Shown: positions 18,565 to 28,017 of the stretch, in pieces
Layout of the letters: each line of letters begins with the position of its first letter
How positions within the stretch are numbered: the stretch's first letter is position 1
Virus record (IMG/VR): IMGVR_UViG_3300028906_000002
Length of the DNA: 64,000 nucleotides
From: a virus
Lineage: Duplodnaviria; Heunggongvirae; Uroviricota; Caudoviricetes
Strand: one strand, 5' to 3'
The notes under the pieces: generated by a model
Database searches by the model: none
What the model was told of the DNA's origin: nothing
What the model saw: the letters and a program-made list of their open reading frames with translations, nothing else
Made by a program: the position numbers and the translations under genes

Positions 18565-19002
18565 TTGTTAAAGCACATGACCAACGACGTTTTGATGACC
18601 GTTGATCGCGCGACGAGGCGCTCTCTTCTAAGGTCGGAAGAGTGCAACCGCGCGGCCGGCAAGTGGGGACCGTGGGAGATGTTGACGTTCCCTAAGGGAA
18701 CGATCGGAACAGGCTGGACCTATGGCTTTGCAACCGCGCACAAGAATATGGTTTTCTCAGTTCTAGATCGCACGCTTGAGAATGGCATTCGACATTTGGC
18801 TGTTTCGAGCTTGTCTGGAATCCGTCCGACCTGGCGCGAAATGCAGCGGATCAAGGACGAGCTTGCTGGCTGCGATAAGACTGCGGTCGAGGTTTATCCA
18901 CCCGCTACACAGATCGTCGATGAGGCCGACATGTTTCATATTTGGGTGCTCACCGAATCTCTGCCATTCGGCTTGCACAAATCAGCTTTAACCATCGGAT
19001 AA
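18565..19002 (+). CDS. hypothetical protein
   Basis: 145-aa ORF. Start may be ATG at about 18577. Confidence 0.45.
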   Translation: MLKHMTNDVLMTVDRATRRSLLRSEECNRAAGKWGPWEMLTFPKGTIGTGWTYGFATAHKNMVFSVLDRTLENGIRHLAVSSLSGIRPTWREMQRIKDELAGCDKTAVEVYPPATQIVDEADMFHIWVLTESLPFGLHKSALTIG

Positions 19003-19007
19003 CGAAA

Positions 19008-19223
19008 ATGACCCTTACGTGCCACGCCTGCGGTGAAGACTATTACGAGCCTCTTCCGCTCGAGACCACGGAACAGCAGGCGCGAAACGCGCTGCGAGCC
19101 GTCCTCCACTGGTATGCTGAGTGCCCTATTCGAGAAATCCAAATGGCTAACGCCGCCTGTGGTATCCGATTCCCTATCGATAAAATCGAAGCAGCGTTAA
19201 CCTCGGGCAAAAGCAACTCATGA
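19008..19223 (+). CDS. hypothetical protein
   Basis: Met23 of ORF 18942. Confidence 0.4.
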   Translation: MTLTCHACGEDYYEPLPLETTEQQARNALRAVLHWYAECPIREIQMANAACGIRFPIDKIEAALTSGKSNS

Positions 19224-19465
19224 GCCCTAAGTGGAAATGTGACGAATGCGGGTGGTGCGGAAGCGATGAGCAATTGCTTCGCGAACAAAATCCGTTCGCT
19301 GACGACATTGATACGATGGTGGGTTGTCCCGAGTGTCGCGAACCCAACAGCATGAGCAGAGCATGCGATCACGAAAGCTGTTGGCAGATTGCTGGCAATG
19401 GCACCTCGACGCCAGAGGGGTACAAGTGGACCTGTTTTAAGCATAGGCCAGATGCTGCGAAATGA
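19220..19465 (+). CDS. hypothetical zinc-ribbon protein
   Basis: CDECGWCG...CPECRE. ATGA-coupled. Confidence 0.4.
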   Translation: MSPKWKCDECGWCGSDEQLLREQNPFADDIDTMVGCPECREPNSMSRACDHESCWQIAGNGTSTPEGYKWTCFKHRPDAAK

Positions 19466-19499
19466 CCGACACTCTCGACCATGACACCCGCGAAACGCG

Positions 19500-19640
19500 A
19501 TGACCAGCACCTTCTTCCTCATCGCCGCTCTCGGCGCGTTCGTCAGTCTCAGCGCGCTGTTTTGGTGGGCCGGATCACCGCCTAATCCCAAGGATAAGGC
19601 GTCTTGGTGTGGCGCGTCCGGATATTTTTCGAAATGTTGA
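19500..19640 (+). CDS. 46-aa membrane or secreted peptide (duplicate of 16690 signal peptide)
   Basis: MTSTFFLIAALGAFVSLSALFWWAGSPPNPKDKASWCGASGYFSKC. The first 46 nt are identical to 16686-16731. Confidence 0.3.
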   Translation: MTSTFFLIAALGAFVSLSALFWWAGSPPNPKDKASWCGASGYFSKC

Positions 19641-19651
19641 AGGATCAAGCC

Positions 19652-19819
19652 ATGTGCCGAACCTTTATCATCGTTGCCGCTCTATGCGCATTTGCTTATG
19701 TCAAGATCGTTCCGTTCGCCGAGCTATACTATGTGTACAATATCCAGCCACATCCATGGTCCGACTTCTGCGGCTGGACGCCTGGTGGAGAGACCAAACC
19801 GTGCAAGGATATGCCATGA
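19652..19819 (+). CDS. 55-aa membrane protein (paralog of 16983 peptide)
   Basis: MCRTFIIVAALCAFAYVKIVPFAELYYVYNIQ... aligns with MIRTILLFIALGAFLVGTVIPLGRIFYMYNIE. Confidence 0.35.
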   Translation: MCRTFIIVAALCAFAYVKIVPFAELYYVYNIQPHPWSDFCGWTPGGETKPCKDMP

Positions 19820-19983
19820 ATATCCTCGATCTTTTCTTTGCGTTACGGCCAGAAAATCGCCCAGCTGTGCTTGATTCAGAGTATATTCCGAGGGGCGAGA
19901 AATTGCGGATTTCTGTGGCGAAACCTACAATAATTGAGCCAGAAAGACTCCCAGTGAGTTGGAATATCGGAGACCCGTTTTAA
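19816..19983 (+). CDS. hypothetical protein (55 aa)
   Basis: ATGA-coupled start inside ORF 19609-19983. Confidence 0.3.
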   Translation: MNILDLFFALRPENRPAVLDSEYIPRGEKLRISVAKPTIIEPERLPVSWNIGDPF

Positions 19984-19998
19984 CTGGAGGAATATGGA

Positions 19999-20160
19999 AT
20001 GTTTTATTGCGATAAATGCGCAAAGAAATATGATTGGCCCGAAGGATTTAGCCGGTCAAGGGGGCCGTGTGAGATGTGCGGTCGTCATGCCACATGCTAC
20101 AATGTTCCGTCAAGCGCTTTGCCTGATCGGAAAGAAAAAATTAGATCGAAAGAACAATAA
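19999..20160 (+). CDS. hypothetical zinc-ribbon protein (53 aa)
   Basis: GGAGG RBS 8 nt upstream. CDKC...CEMC. Preferred over the 19994 frame. Confidence 0.35.
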   Translation: MFYCDKCAKKYDWPEGFSRSRGPCEMCGRHATCYNVPSSALPDRKEKIRSKEQ

Positions 20161-20168
20161 GTTATGCA

Positions 20169-20510
20169 TTGGCGCAAGACAGAACGGCTAATGCCCGCTG
20201 CATGGCAGCCTTGGCTGATCGTGATTGCGCTATGGGTGCTAGCGGCGTGGTGGTTCTGGTGAGCAACTTGCACGATCGACGGAACTCGCCGCAGCGCCGA
20301 ATCAGGGGCGGCATTCATCCAGGATGGGCTTGCTTCCTGCTCGCATGGGGAAGCGGGATGTTTACGTTTGCTGGCGGATTGGCGACCATTCAGTATGGTC
20401 TTGGCCGAGCGACCGAGGGAGCTGCAATTATTTCCTTTGTGCTTGCTGCATTCTTATTTATTCTCGGCGGTAATAAAGCTGAAGGCCTGACCGACCGCGA
20501 GGGGAAATGA
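20169..20510 (+). CDS. hypothetical membrane protein
   Basis: Hydrophobic C-terminal half. Start uncertain. Confidence 0.3.
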   Translation: MAQDRTANARCMAALADRDCAMGASGVVVLVSNLHDRRNSPQRRIRGGIHPGWACFLLAWGSGMFTFAGGLATIQYGLGRATEGAAIISFVLAAFLFILGGNKAEGLTDREGK

Positions 20511-20740
20511 TAACGATACTAGCTTTGGTCTGTAAGCTCAGCGTGGCTGATGAGCCAGAAGTGTGCTACGAAAGGGTTGTAGCGCGGCAAGATTCGATGG
20601 TGACTGTAATGGTCGCGTGCGAGCTACCTCAGGCTGCGATAGCCAAATGGAAATCTGAATCAATTTATTCCGGTCCGGAGTGGTATATTTCTCGCATAAC
20701 ATGCCGATCGGGCGATTATCAGCCAAAGGACACGATTTAG
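20507..20740 (+). CDS. hypothetical protein
   Basis: ATGA-coupled. Confidence 0.35.
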   Translation: MITILALVCKLSVADEPEVCYERVVARQDSMVTVMVACELPQAAIAKWKSESIYSGPEWYISRITCRSGDYQPKDTI

Positions 20741-20743
20741 CTC

Positions 20744-20953
20744 ATGTGCCGCCCCTGCATTCATTTTGTCGGTTTCCGTGGCAACGAATATTGGTCCGCC
20801 GTCAAGGTATGGGGCAAGCCTGATTTCTTTCATCGCGGCTGGGACCATCGAGCGCAACGTGAGATTTATCATAGTGATACCGTGGTTTTTGCCAAGGGCG
20901 AATGGACGCAAGAACCGAGTAAATATAATTTCGACGACAGTTCCGTAATGTGA
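20744..20953 (+). CDS. hypothetical protein
   Basis: HFVGFRGNEYWSAVKVWGKPDFFHRGWDHRAQRE. No family assignment made. A coupled 58-aa ORF follows (about 20964-21140). Confidence 0.4.
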   Translation: MCRPCIHFVGFRGNEYWSAVKVWGKPDFFHRGWDHRAQREIYHSDTVVFAKGEWTQEPSKYNFDDSSVM

Positions 20954-21162
20954 GGATAAATTAATGCCTGCTCAGATAATTGCATTTCCGAAATCAGAAG
21001 GAAACGGAGCCCGCGAGGCGCTGATTGAGATATTGGCCGCCTCGGAGCAGCGCAATCCGGAGGGCAGAGCCGATAGCTTGTTGACGTTGCTATGGTTTCA
21101 CGGGTTTAAGGTGGTTCCATTGGACGGAACGGAAGAGTAAACTTAACAAAGGAAATATCGGA

Positions 21163-21429
21163 ATGAATGGATCAAATCAGTTATTTGGTGCCGTAAAATC
21201 CAACTCAAGGATTGAGAACGATGTTGAGTTGGTCAAAACCATGACGAATCAAGTCGAATCGACTACTGATCGAATTATTCGTCATGCCCGTTCTCTTGGT
21301 TATTTCGAGCCCCCATCTGATACGAAGGCATCCGCTCCAACGCCAGTTATTACGACATTAGCTGATGCTTTACTGGCTCTTAGCCGAGCGATTGACCATT
21401 GCTCGGGATCGCTCAACGTTTTCGATTGA
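21163..21429 (+). CDS. hypothetical protein
   Basis: 88-aa ORF. Confidence 0.35.
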   Translation: MNGSNQLFGAVKSNSRIENDVELVKTMTNQVESTTDRIIRHARSLGYFEPPSDTKASAPTPVITTLADALLALSRAIDHCSGSLNVFD

Positions 21430-21761
21430 GCTTCGGATATCCCCTACCGGCGGATATTCTGAGGGCATCCGGGGCCGGGATGGACCCCAGAATCTTGAAG
21501 GTCCCGGATGCAACCTTTCGAGGAACCCAGATGAAGCTTGGCAAAAAGAACAAAATCTATCTCCGTGAGGCTAGGCGCCGCACCAAAGACGATGCTTCCG
21601 ACATGGGCAAATTCGATATGCGACCCCGCGATCCCTACGAAATTCTCGGCTTGATCAGACCCAAGCGGGTGATGCCCGCAATAGGAGAAGGTCATGCGCA
21701 ATCGAGCATTTCGCCGAGCCAAAGCCGACAGCAAGATGTGGCGGCGGCTAAAAGAGGATAG
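21399..21761 (+). CDS. hypothetical basic protein
   Basis: Start uncertain. Internal Mets at about 21480 and 21531. Confidence 0.25.
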   Translation: MLGIAQRFRLSFGYPLPADILRASGAGMDPRILKVPDATFRGTQMKLGKKNKIYLREARRRTKDDASDMGKFDMRPRDPYEILGLIRPKRVMPAIGEGHAQSSISPSQSRQQDVAAAKRG

Positions 21762-21936
21762 AAATCAGCACTATAACGACCTGTCTTGCCCATGCTGGAC
21801 CGACAAGAAGGCGATGGCGCGGTTTAAGGAGCAGCCCAAGCGCGATATGCGCTGTATTTGCTGCGTAAATCAGCGTGCTCTATACGGTCCGACGATCGCC
21901 GAACTTCGTCAGTTCCAATGCGAGTTTGACGAATGA
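21694..21936 (+). CDS. hypothetical Cys-rich protein
   Basis: CPCW...CICC. Confidence 0.3.
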   Translation: MRNRAFRRAKADSKMWRRLKEDRNQHYNDLSCPCWTDKKAMARFKEQPKRDMRCICCVNQRALYGPTIAELRQFQCEFDE

Positions 21937-21989
21937 CAGGATTATTCATATCGTCCGGATAGAAAACGATAGATAGGAAATGTTCCATA

Positions 21990-22166
21990 ATGCCGCGCCC
22001 GGCTGGATTGCCAAAGACCGGTGGTCGCCGTAAAGGCTCGGCAAATCGGCCAAAACCCGTGATTCTATCGCCAGATGAGGCAGCCCAAAGCCGTGCGATG
22101 ACGATCGTGACGCCAGCAGAAGTGGACTCCGAAGGCGGTTATGCTCGATGCGATGATGTTCTTTGA
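21990..22166 (+). CDS. hypothetical basic protein (58 aa)
   Basis: MPRPAGLPKTGGRRKGSANRPKP. Overlaps the next ORF by 26 nt in another frame. Confidence 0.3.
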   Translation: MPRPAGLPKTGGRRKGSANRPKPVILSPDEAAQSRAMTIVTPAEVDSEGGYARCDDVL

Positions 22167-22614
22167 TCGAATGGCGCGTCAGAGTGCTGAGCAGCTTGAT
22201 TACGGAGCGGCGACCAAGTACATGGTGTCTGCGGTGCAAGTGGCTGAAAAGGTTGCACCTTTCATCCATGCGCGGCTATTAGCGGTCGAATCACGCACCG
22301 AAGACAAAGCCGCACCGTTTGTCGTGCGTGCGCCTGCGGTGATGGCGGACAGCTCGGCCTGGCAGGCTGCGGTAGGGGCGGCAGTGATTGACATGGAGGC
22401 AGCGCAATCGCCCAGCGCGGGCCGCACAGAGGTTTCGGCACATCCGGCGCAGCAACATGCCCCTGAGCCTCAAAACGCACCAGCGGCCACGGCTGTTGCC
22501 CTGATGAACGACCCGAAGACGAACCGGATTACGGTCATGCCGCCTGGGCCGAGGGTGGTGCAGCCGTCTGGCACGGAGCAGTGGCTCGCTAGCATTCAGA
22601 AAAAGGTTGGCTGA
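22141..22614 (+). CDS. hypothetical protein
   Basis: 157-aa ORF. Confidence 0.4.
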   Translation: MLDAMMFFDRMARQSAEQLDYGAATKYMVSAVQVAEKVAPFIHARLLAVESRTEDKAAPFVVRAPAVMADSSAWQAAVGAAVIDMEAAQSPSAGRTEVSAHPAQQHAPEPQNAPAATAVALMNDPKTNRITVMPPGPRVVQPSGTEQWLASIQKKVG

Positions 22615-22817
22615 TGGACAAGCAGCAACGAGCGATTCGTTCATGGCATGAAGGTCTGTGCGTTTGCCATAAGTGCTTGAAAGAACGCGATGAAGTCCGC
22701 GCTTTCATGATAGTATGTCCCGAATGTGGTAACAAGCGCTGTCCGAAGGCATCAGATCACGATTTGTCCTGCACTGGCAGCAACAAACCTGGGCAGTATG
22801 GGAGCGTCTACGCCTAA
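22614..22817 (+). CDS. hypothetical zinc-ribbon protein
   Basis: CVCHKC...CPECGNKRC. Confidence 0.35.
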   Translation: MDKQQRAIRSWHEGLCVCHKCLKERDEVRAFMIVCPECGNKRCPKASDHDLSCTGSNKPGQYGSVYA

Positions 22818-22919
22818 GGATGATTGCTGGACTGAAAATAATTGTGCCAAGGCTCTTGTAATCCGGTCAAAATCCTGCCAATAAGCGGACACCGTAATTA
22901 TGCAGCAGGAGATACTCCA

Positions 22920-23831
<912 letters not shown>

Positions 23832-23832
23832 A

Positions 23833-24252
23833 ATGGTTCTGAAATGTCCCGATTGCGGCGTGAGCGTCATGAGTTTGATGACGCATGTCTGCGGTCGGGC
23901 CAACAGTTCGCCGAAATCGGAGCGCATTTCCGATAGCGGCGTTCAACCCCGAGCGAAAGGAGGCAATCACAAACCAACCAAACCTTCCGCCAAAGATGAA
24001 GCAGCAAGAGTGGCTGATATTGATAATGCGAAGAATGTGATCAATGGACCGACAATGGAGAGCGGTGTCGGCCCCGCCGGTCGTGGCCCCGAGATCGTAA
24101 ATGAAAGTATCGGGGCACCTAATTCAAGGCGCGGACGCCCCCGAATCGGCGAGACCCGCGATAAGCCATGGCTGAGTTGCGAGCCTCCGATGAGTGAACG
24201 AACATGGCGGCGCCGGCTATCCGAGCAGCGATCTAAAGAGGGTGGGAAATGA
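23833..24252 (+). CDS. hypothetical zinc-finger protein
   Basis: MVLKCPDCG...HVCG. A coupled 56-aa ORF follows (about 24249-24419). Confidence 0.4.
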   Translation: MVLKCPDCGVSVMSLMTHVCGRANSSPKSERISDSGVQPRAKGGNHKPTKPSAKDEAARVADIDNAKNVINGPTMESGVGPAGRGPEIVNESIGAPNSRRGRPRIGETRDKPWLSCEPPMSERTWRRRLSEQRSKEGGK

Positions 24253-24415
24253 GCAAGCATCACGAAGAACATCCGGACTATGGCGCTCTCGGCATCTTTG
24301 CTGGGTATGGTGAATGCGATGATCCAGTCCCGGGTGAAATGTCTGATCTTGAAATTGAGCAGTTGAAGGCTCAAGCCAAGCGTCATAGGGCAGAGCAGCG
24401 ATCGAAGGAGCAGAA

Positions 24416-24637
24416 ATGAGCGAGCGGCCGGCGAATGACGAAATGGTCCAAGGCTTTCTGGACGGCTATGATCTGACAGCACCTGAACCTTCCGCAAATC
24501 GCTCGGCCTCCTATCGTCATGGGTTTATGTGCGCTCGCATAGACAAAGGCGTCGTGCCATATCAAGGACCGGCCGATCAACTTAGGCGATTGGCGGATCA
24601 GGCGATGAATGAGGATGATATCCGCGCGATTCAGTGA
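24416..24637 (+). CDS. hypothetical protein
   Basis: ATGA-coupled. Its RBS/start context CAGCGAyCGAAGGAGCAGAAATGAGC recurs at 24668. Confidence 0.35.
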   Translation: MSERPANDEMVQGFLDGYDLTAPEPSANRSASYRHGFMCARIDKGVVPYQGPADQLRRLADQAMNEDDIRAIQ

Positions 24638-24687
24638 TGTCGATAGTACCGACATCGTGTCCCTGAGCAGCGACCGAAGGAGCAGAA

Positions 24688-24870
24688 ATGAGCACAGTCA
24701 AGCTTCTGGCGCGGAGACGTTTCAATTACATTGATGTTACTGGGGTCTTGGCGCTGGTTGGATGTGTTTCGGGCGGAAAATATCTGATAGGAACAGCTAT
24801 TTGGCTTCTATCCATATTGTTATCGCTCGTGGCGGAAGGCTTGGCCGATCGGAAGGAAAAGAGCGCGTGA
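24688..24870 (+). CDS. 60-aa membrane protein
   Basis: Two hydrophobic helices. Confidence 0.35.
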   Translation: MSTVKLLARRRFNYIDVTGVLALVGCVSGGKYLIGTAIWLLSILLSLVAEGLADRKEKSA

Positions 24871-25052
24871 CCGACAAACTGACGAGCTTCGGCAACCAGG
24901 CCCCGATGAAGGTGCAGTGCGCGACGTGCCACTGGCTGGGGACGGCTGCCGATCTCGTAGGGCGTGATGAGAAACTGTGCTGCCCGATCTGCAACACGCC
25001 GTTTGCGCGGTATCCACAGCGGATCGAGCATCTGTGGAGCGACCCGTACTGA
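24867..25052 (+). CDS. hypothetical zinc-ribbon protein
   Basis: GTGA-coupled. CATCHW...CCPIC. Confidence 0.35.
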   Translation: MTDKLTSFGNQAPMKVQCATCHWLGTAADLVGRDEKLCCPICNTPFARYPQRIEHLWSDPY

Positions 25053-25053
25053 T

Positions 25054-25293
25054 ATGGCAAAGCAAGCCGCAGTCTTGTTCCGTAGAAAGGTCTTCGTGGT
25101 CGGGCCGAATCACAAAGACGCGATCGACGCTGCTTTCGCTAAGTTCACCGAGCATCAGGCGCATCGCGTGACGCTTCGGATCATGGACGGCAAAGAGGAT
25201 ATCGTATTCGGGTTTGCCTACATCGACGGAACGGACTTCAAACCATCCGATATGCAATCGGCACGCAAGCGAATGTACGGGTTTAATCCATGA
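25054..25293 (+). CDS. hypothetical protein
   Basis: Met31 of ORF 24964. Confidence 0.35.
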   Translation: MAKQAAVLFRRKVFVVGPNHKDAIDAAFAKFTEHQAHRVTLRIMDGKEDIVFGFAYIDGTDFKPSDMQSARKRMYGFNP

Positions 25294-25481
25294 TGGCCTT
25301 ATCTAATCCGCCCCTTCCTGAACGCCACTGGAACGGTGAGCAGTGGATTTATCCGCAAGATATTGACGACGCGCTGAACCAAGCGCTACTTGTGATAGAC
25401 GAATATTATAACGGCGACCGAGCATGGGCTGAGGCGTGGCTGCTCAAGGCGCACGAGGCGAATCAGGAGAAGCCGAAGTGA
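25290..25481 (+). CDS. hypothetical protein
   Basis: ATGA-coupled. Confidence 0.35.
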   Translation: MMALSNPPLPERHWNGEQWIYPQDIDDALNQALLVIDEYYNGDRAWAEAWLLKAHEANQEKPK

Positions 25482-25681
25482 CCGACGATGAGTTTATTTT
25501 CGCCATCAATAGGTTTGGCGTTGATATTCTATCTCGGAAGGCTGCGGAGTTGGTGAAGCGTCCGGCGACGCAAGCTCAGGTGACGGCCTATTATAAGGCG
25601 CTGAGTTTGCAGCGGGAGTGGAACCGAAACCACCGGAGGCTGATCGCGAAGGATCGAATGCAGGAGAAGGCGAGTAAGTGA
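25478..25681 (+). CDS. hypothetical protein
   Basis: GTGA-coupled. Confidence 0.3.
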   Translation: MTDDEFIFAINRFGVDILSRKAAELVKRPATQAQVTAYYKALSLQREWNRNHRRLIAKDRMQEKASK

Positions 25682-25857
25682 GATTCATATTTATTTTGTT
25701 GCTATTGACTGGTTGCGATAAAGTTGAAGTTACCACCACAAACACAGAGATTGAGTCGCCCATACAAAATACGTGCCAATCTGGTGATTTACTGCCTGAT
25801 TTTCCGAGATGCGGGTTTGTGGTGCCTGAGGTGAAGATAGCGAGGGGAGGAAGTTAG
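25678..25857 (+). CDS. small lipoprotein (59 aa) in AT-rich island
   Basis: VRFIFILLLLTGC gives a lipobox LTGC. Local GC is markedly lower. A coupled 55-aa ORF follows (25858-26025). Confidence 0.35.
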   Translation: MRFIFILLLLTGCDKVEVTTTNTEIESPIQNTCQSGDLLPDFPRCGFVVPEVKIARGGS

Positions 25858-26021
25858 ATGAGAGTATTTGTAGCCATTGGAGGATACGATTACGAAGGCT
25901 ATGCCGCGCCGATCGGGGTGTATTCAACTAAAGAATTGGCAGAGGAAGCCATTAAGAAGGCGTCGAGAGGATACGATGATCGAGAAATCTTTGAATATGA
26001 AATAGACGATGAGCCACGGAC

Positions 26022-26405
26022 GTGAGGATAGTTATAGCTCTTATCGTGACGCTACTAGCGGCCTTCCCCGCCCTAGCCTTCCCTGGTTGTATGACGCATA
26101 GCGAGGCAAAGCACGCATACGGCCGCGACACCTATTTGCATTGGCATGGCAATCATTGCTGGGGTATCCACCATGCAGCGTCTCGGCGATCGAAGGAATC
26201 AGCCCCAGTGCTTGTAGTCTCTCACAATCACGGTGAGAAACTACCTAACCGTGAGGCGGCAGGAACTGGGGCTGATACTGCTTCCATCTGGCCCGATACC
26301 CCGAGCGACTTCACCTGGGCAGATCGATGGCCGAATCAGGATAGGATATCGCCGGATAGGTGGCTGATGGAGTTGGTGCAGTTTGGAAGCAGCGGTAATA
26401 GGTAG
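26022..26405 (+). CDS. secreted hypothetical protein
   Basis: Signal peptide MRIVIALIVTLLAAFPALA. Confidence 0.4.
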   Translation: MRIVIALIVTLLAAFPALAFPGCMTHSEAKHAYGRDTYLHWHGNHCWGIHHAASRRSKESAPVLVVSHNHGEKLPNREAAGTGADTASIWPDTPSDFTWADRWPNQDRISPDRWLMELVQFGSSGNR

Positions 26406-26419
26406 TCAGGGAAAACATA

Positions 26420-26728
26420 ATGAAACGAAGCATCAAAGTTGACGATGTCATGCTAGGCATGGGCTTCGCCGTTGCTGATATCGGTCCAAATGTCACCAAA
26501 CTACGTTCCTTGATTGCGGGTCAGATCGAGAAAGGCTTGCGCTATCATAGTGCCGGCACATGGGCGCCGGAACATGGTCCTGCTGGAATGAAGCTATCGC
26601 CAGAAGAACGCGCCTCTTCCTTTATTGAAGTTCAGGAAGCGATCGATGCTGGCAACTATACTGAGTTGGACTTTGTCGATAGCTACCGAACGAAAAACAG
26701 CGTTGGTCAGCAGATAAGGACGGAATGA
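26420..26728 (+). CDS. hypothetical protein
   Basis: 102-aa ORF with upstream purine-rich RBS. Confidence 0.4.
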   Translation: MKRSIKVDDVMLGMGFAVADIGPNVTKLRSLIAGQIEKGLRYHSAGTWAPEHGPAGMKLSPEERASSFIEVQEAIDAGNYTELDFVDSYRTKNSVGQQIRTE

Positions 26729-26934
26729 TGCCGACCGAACAGGAAATTCAAACACTCGCAGAGGCGATGGATCAGCTCCTGGACGATATGGGCATAGCCG
26801 GGACCAACGTTTGCGTTGCTGCGAAAGCGCAAGCCCGTATCGCGTGGGAACCATTTCGAGACAAGGACGATCCGGCCCGTTGCTTGATGTCGCTTGAAGA
26901 TGCCAAGCGCATCCTTAAAGAATGCGACGGCTAG
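26725..26934 (+). CDS. hypothetical protein
   Basis: ATGA-coupled. Confidence 0.35.
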   Translation: MMPTEQEIQTLAEAMDQLLDDMGIAGTNVCVAAKAQARIAWEPFRDKDDPARCLMSLEDAKRILKECDG

Positions 26935-26978
26935 TTTCCTTTGCGTCACATTATCGCATATTTTACAGGTATTTTACC

Positions 26979-27155
26979 ATGCGACTAGCCCATTGCTTAT
27001 TGAACGAATATGGACCGCCAGCGACGTATATTCATGTAGAGGGCCACAGGTACGTGCTAGTGTCGCATGCGGCGGATCAGATGCTGGCGGCGATCGAGAG
27101 CGCTGAGATAGCGGAACGAGCGAGATATGTCGAAGAAACCGAAAGACGCTCCTGA
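26979..27155 (+). CDS. hypothetical protein
   Basis: Met20 of ORF 26922. An overlapping 57-aa ORF at 27127-27300 is an alternative. Confidence 0.3.
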   Translation: MRLAHCLLNEYGPPATYIHVEGHRYVLVSHAADQMLAAIESAEIAERARYVEETERRS

Positions 27156-27296
27156 GATCGGCGACCGCGTAGAGCGGCGCGGCTTTGGCGAGCGCGGGAC
27201 GCTGGTGCAGGTGGATACGGACGATCTCTGGAGTTGTGTGAAGTGGGACCGCACTGGTCCGGTACTGATCCATCTTTATGAACTGAGGAAGATATC

Positions 27297-27539
27297 ATGA
27301 TCTCGAACATCCCGTCGTTCGCGGTGCACCAGGACTACCAGGCGCGGCATAGCGATATGCTGGTGGCGGCTCGGGGAGAAGTGTTTCCGGATTGGTATGA
27401 GGGCCATCAGCGACCATCCGTAGTACGACCTGGCTGGTCTGTATGGCGTTCTTGTGCGCCAGCAGAGTTCTTCAACGAAACCAAAATAAGATGGATTGGC
27501 TGGGACCTTGCATCTCCTTGGGAAATATCGCAAGGATAG
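27297..27539 (+). CDS. hypothetical protein
   Basis: 80-aa ORF. Last gene before a strong terminator. Confidence 0.35.
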   Translation: MISNIPSFAVHQDYQARHSDMLVAARGEVFPDWYEGHQRPSVVRPGWSVWRSCAPAEFFNETKIRWIGWDLASPWEISQG

Positions 27540-27587
27540 CGCGCCTGGCGGTTCTCCGCTGAGCATTCCTCAGAACTCCCTAGACTT

Positions 27588-27625
27588 CGGCCGCTCGGTA
27601 ACACGGGCGGCCTTTTTATTATTTA
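27588..27625 (+). terminator. rho-independent terminator
   Basis: GGCCGCTCGG-taacac-GGGCGGCC stem followed by TTTTTATTATTT. Confidence 0.6.
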
Positions 27626-27642
27626 AAGTTTAAAAATAAAAG

Positions 27643-27671
27643 TTGACATCCTTAGATTGAGTGCTATTCTA
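27643..27671 (+). promoter_or_regulatory. sigma70-like promoter
   Basis: Perfect -35 TTGACA, 16-17 bp spacer, -10-like TATTCT. Sits in the only AT-rich intergenic spacer of the region. Confidence 0.4.
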
Positions 27672-28017
27672 CGGACATCATAGCAGAGTTGGGAATGCCC
27701 AAGACCCGGGTGAGACACGACCGGGGAGTGGCACAGAAAGAACTCCGGAAGGATTCAGTTCAGAGGGAGCCCCTCCAAGGCCAACTGGCCCGGCCCATGA
27801 AAACCTACTCGGCCTCTACCGAGAGACTGCATCGAGCAACGAAACGGATGCAGGTGGCGGTAACCTAAGTGAGACTTGCGATGCTCCCTCTGAACTGAAT
27901 CCTTCCGCTCTCTTTGTGGCCCAAACACAGACAAGCCCCGCCCCTCAAAAGGCCGGGTTTCTGCTGCTGTTGATTCGTTCTGCGATCTCGGCTAAAAACG
28001 CGAAACCCGCCGCAGGG
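27672..28017 (+). ncRNA. structured non-coding leader RNA upstream of HNH gene (intron-like or HEARO-like candidate)
   Basis: Perfect 24-nt inverted repeat GGAAGGATTCAGTTCAGAGGGAGC (27747-27770) / GCTCCCTCTGAACTGAATCCTTCC (27883-27906). Extra hairpins CCCGGG..CCGGGG and CTGCATC..GATGCAG. Motif GATGCAGG..GCGGTAAC resembles intron 3' tails at 51.5 and 52.6 kb. Confidence 0.3.

Noticed and set aside
16665-18662. Long minus-strand ORFs (16665-17372, 17843-18400, 17943-18662)
   Set aside because: They are antisense to a dense array of plus-strand, translationally coupled small genes. Amino-acid composition is Arg/Ser/Pro-heavy, typical of GC-rich antisense frames. One only mirrors the duplicated 46-bp repeat.
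19994-20191. ORF-track frame 19994-20191
   Set aside because: The ATG 5 nt downstream (19999) has an ideally spaced GGAGG and encodes a CxxC...CxxC zinc ribbon. The 19994 frame lacks an RBS and gives low-complexity sequence.
27661-28017. N-terminal 119 codons of ORF 27661-28515 as coding sequence
   Set aside because: The GTG sits at the promoter -10, leaving no room for an RBS. The region is dominated by long-range RNA pairing and has poor protein-like composition. The HNH domain is complete from Met120.
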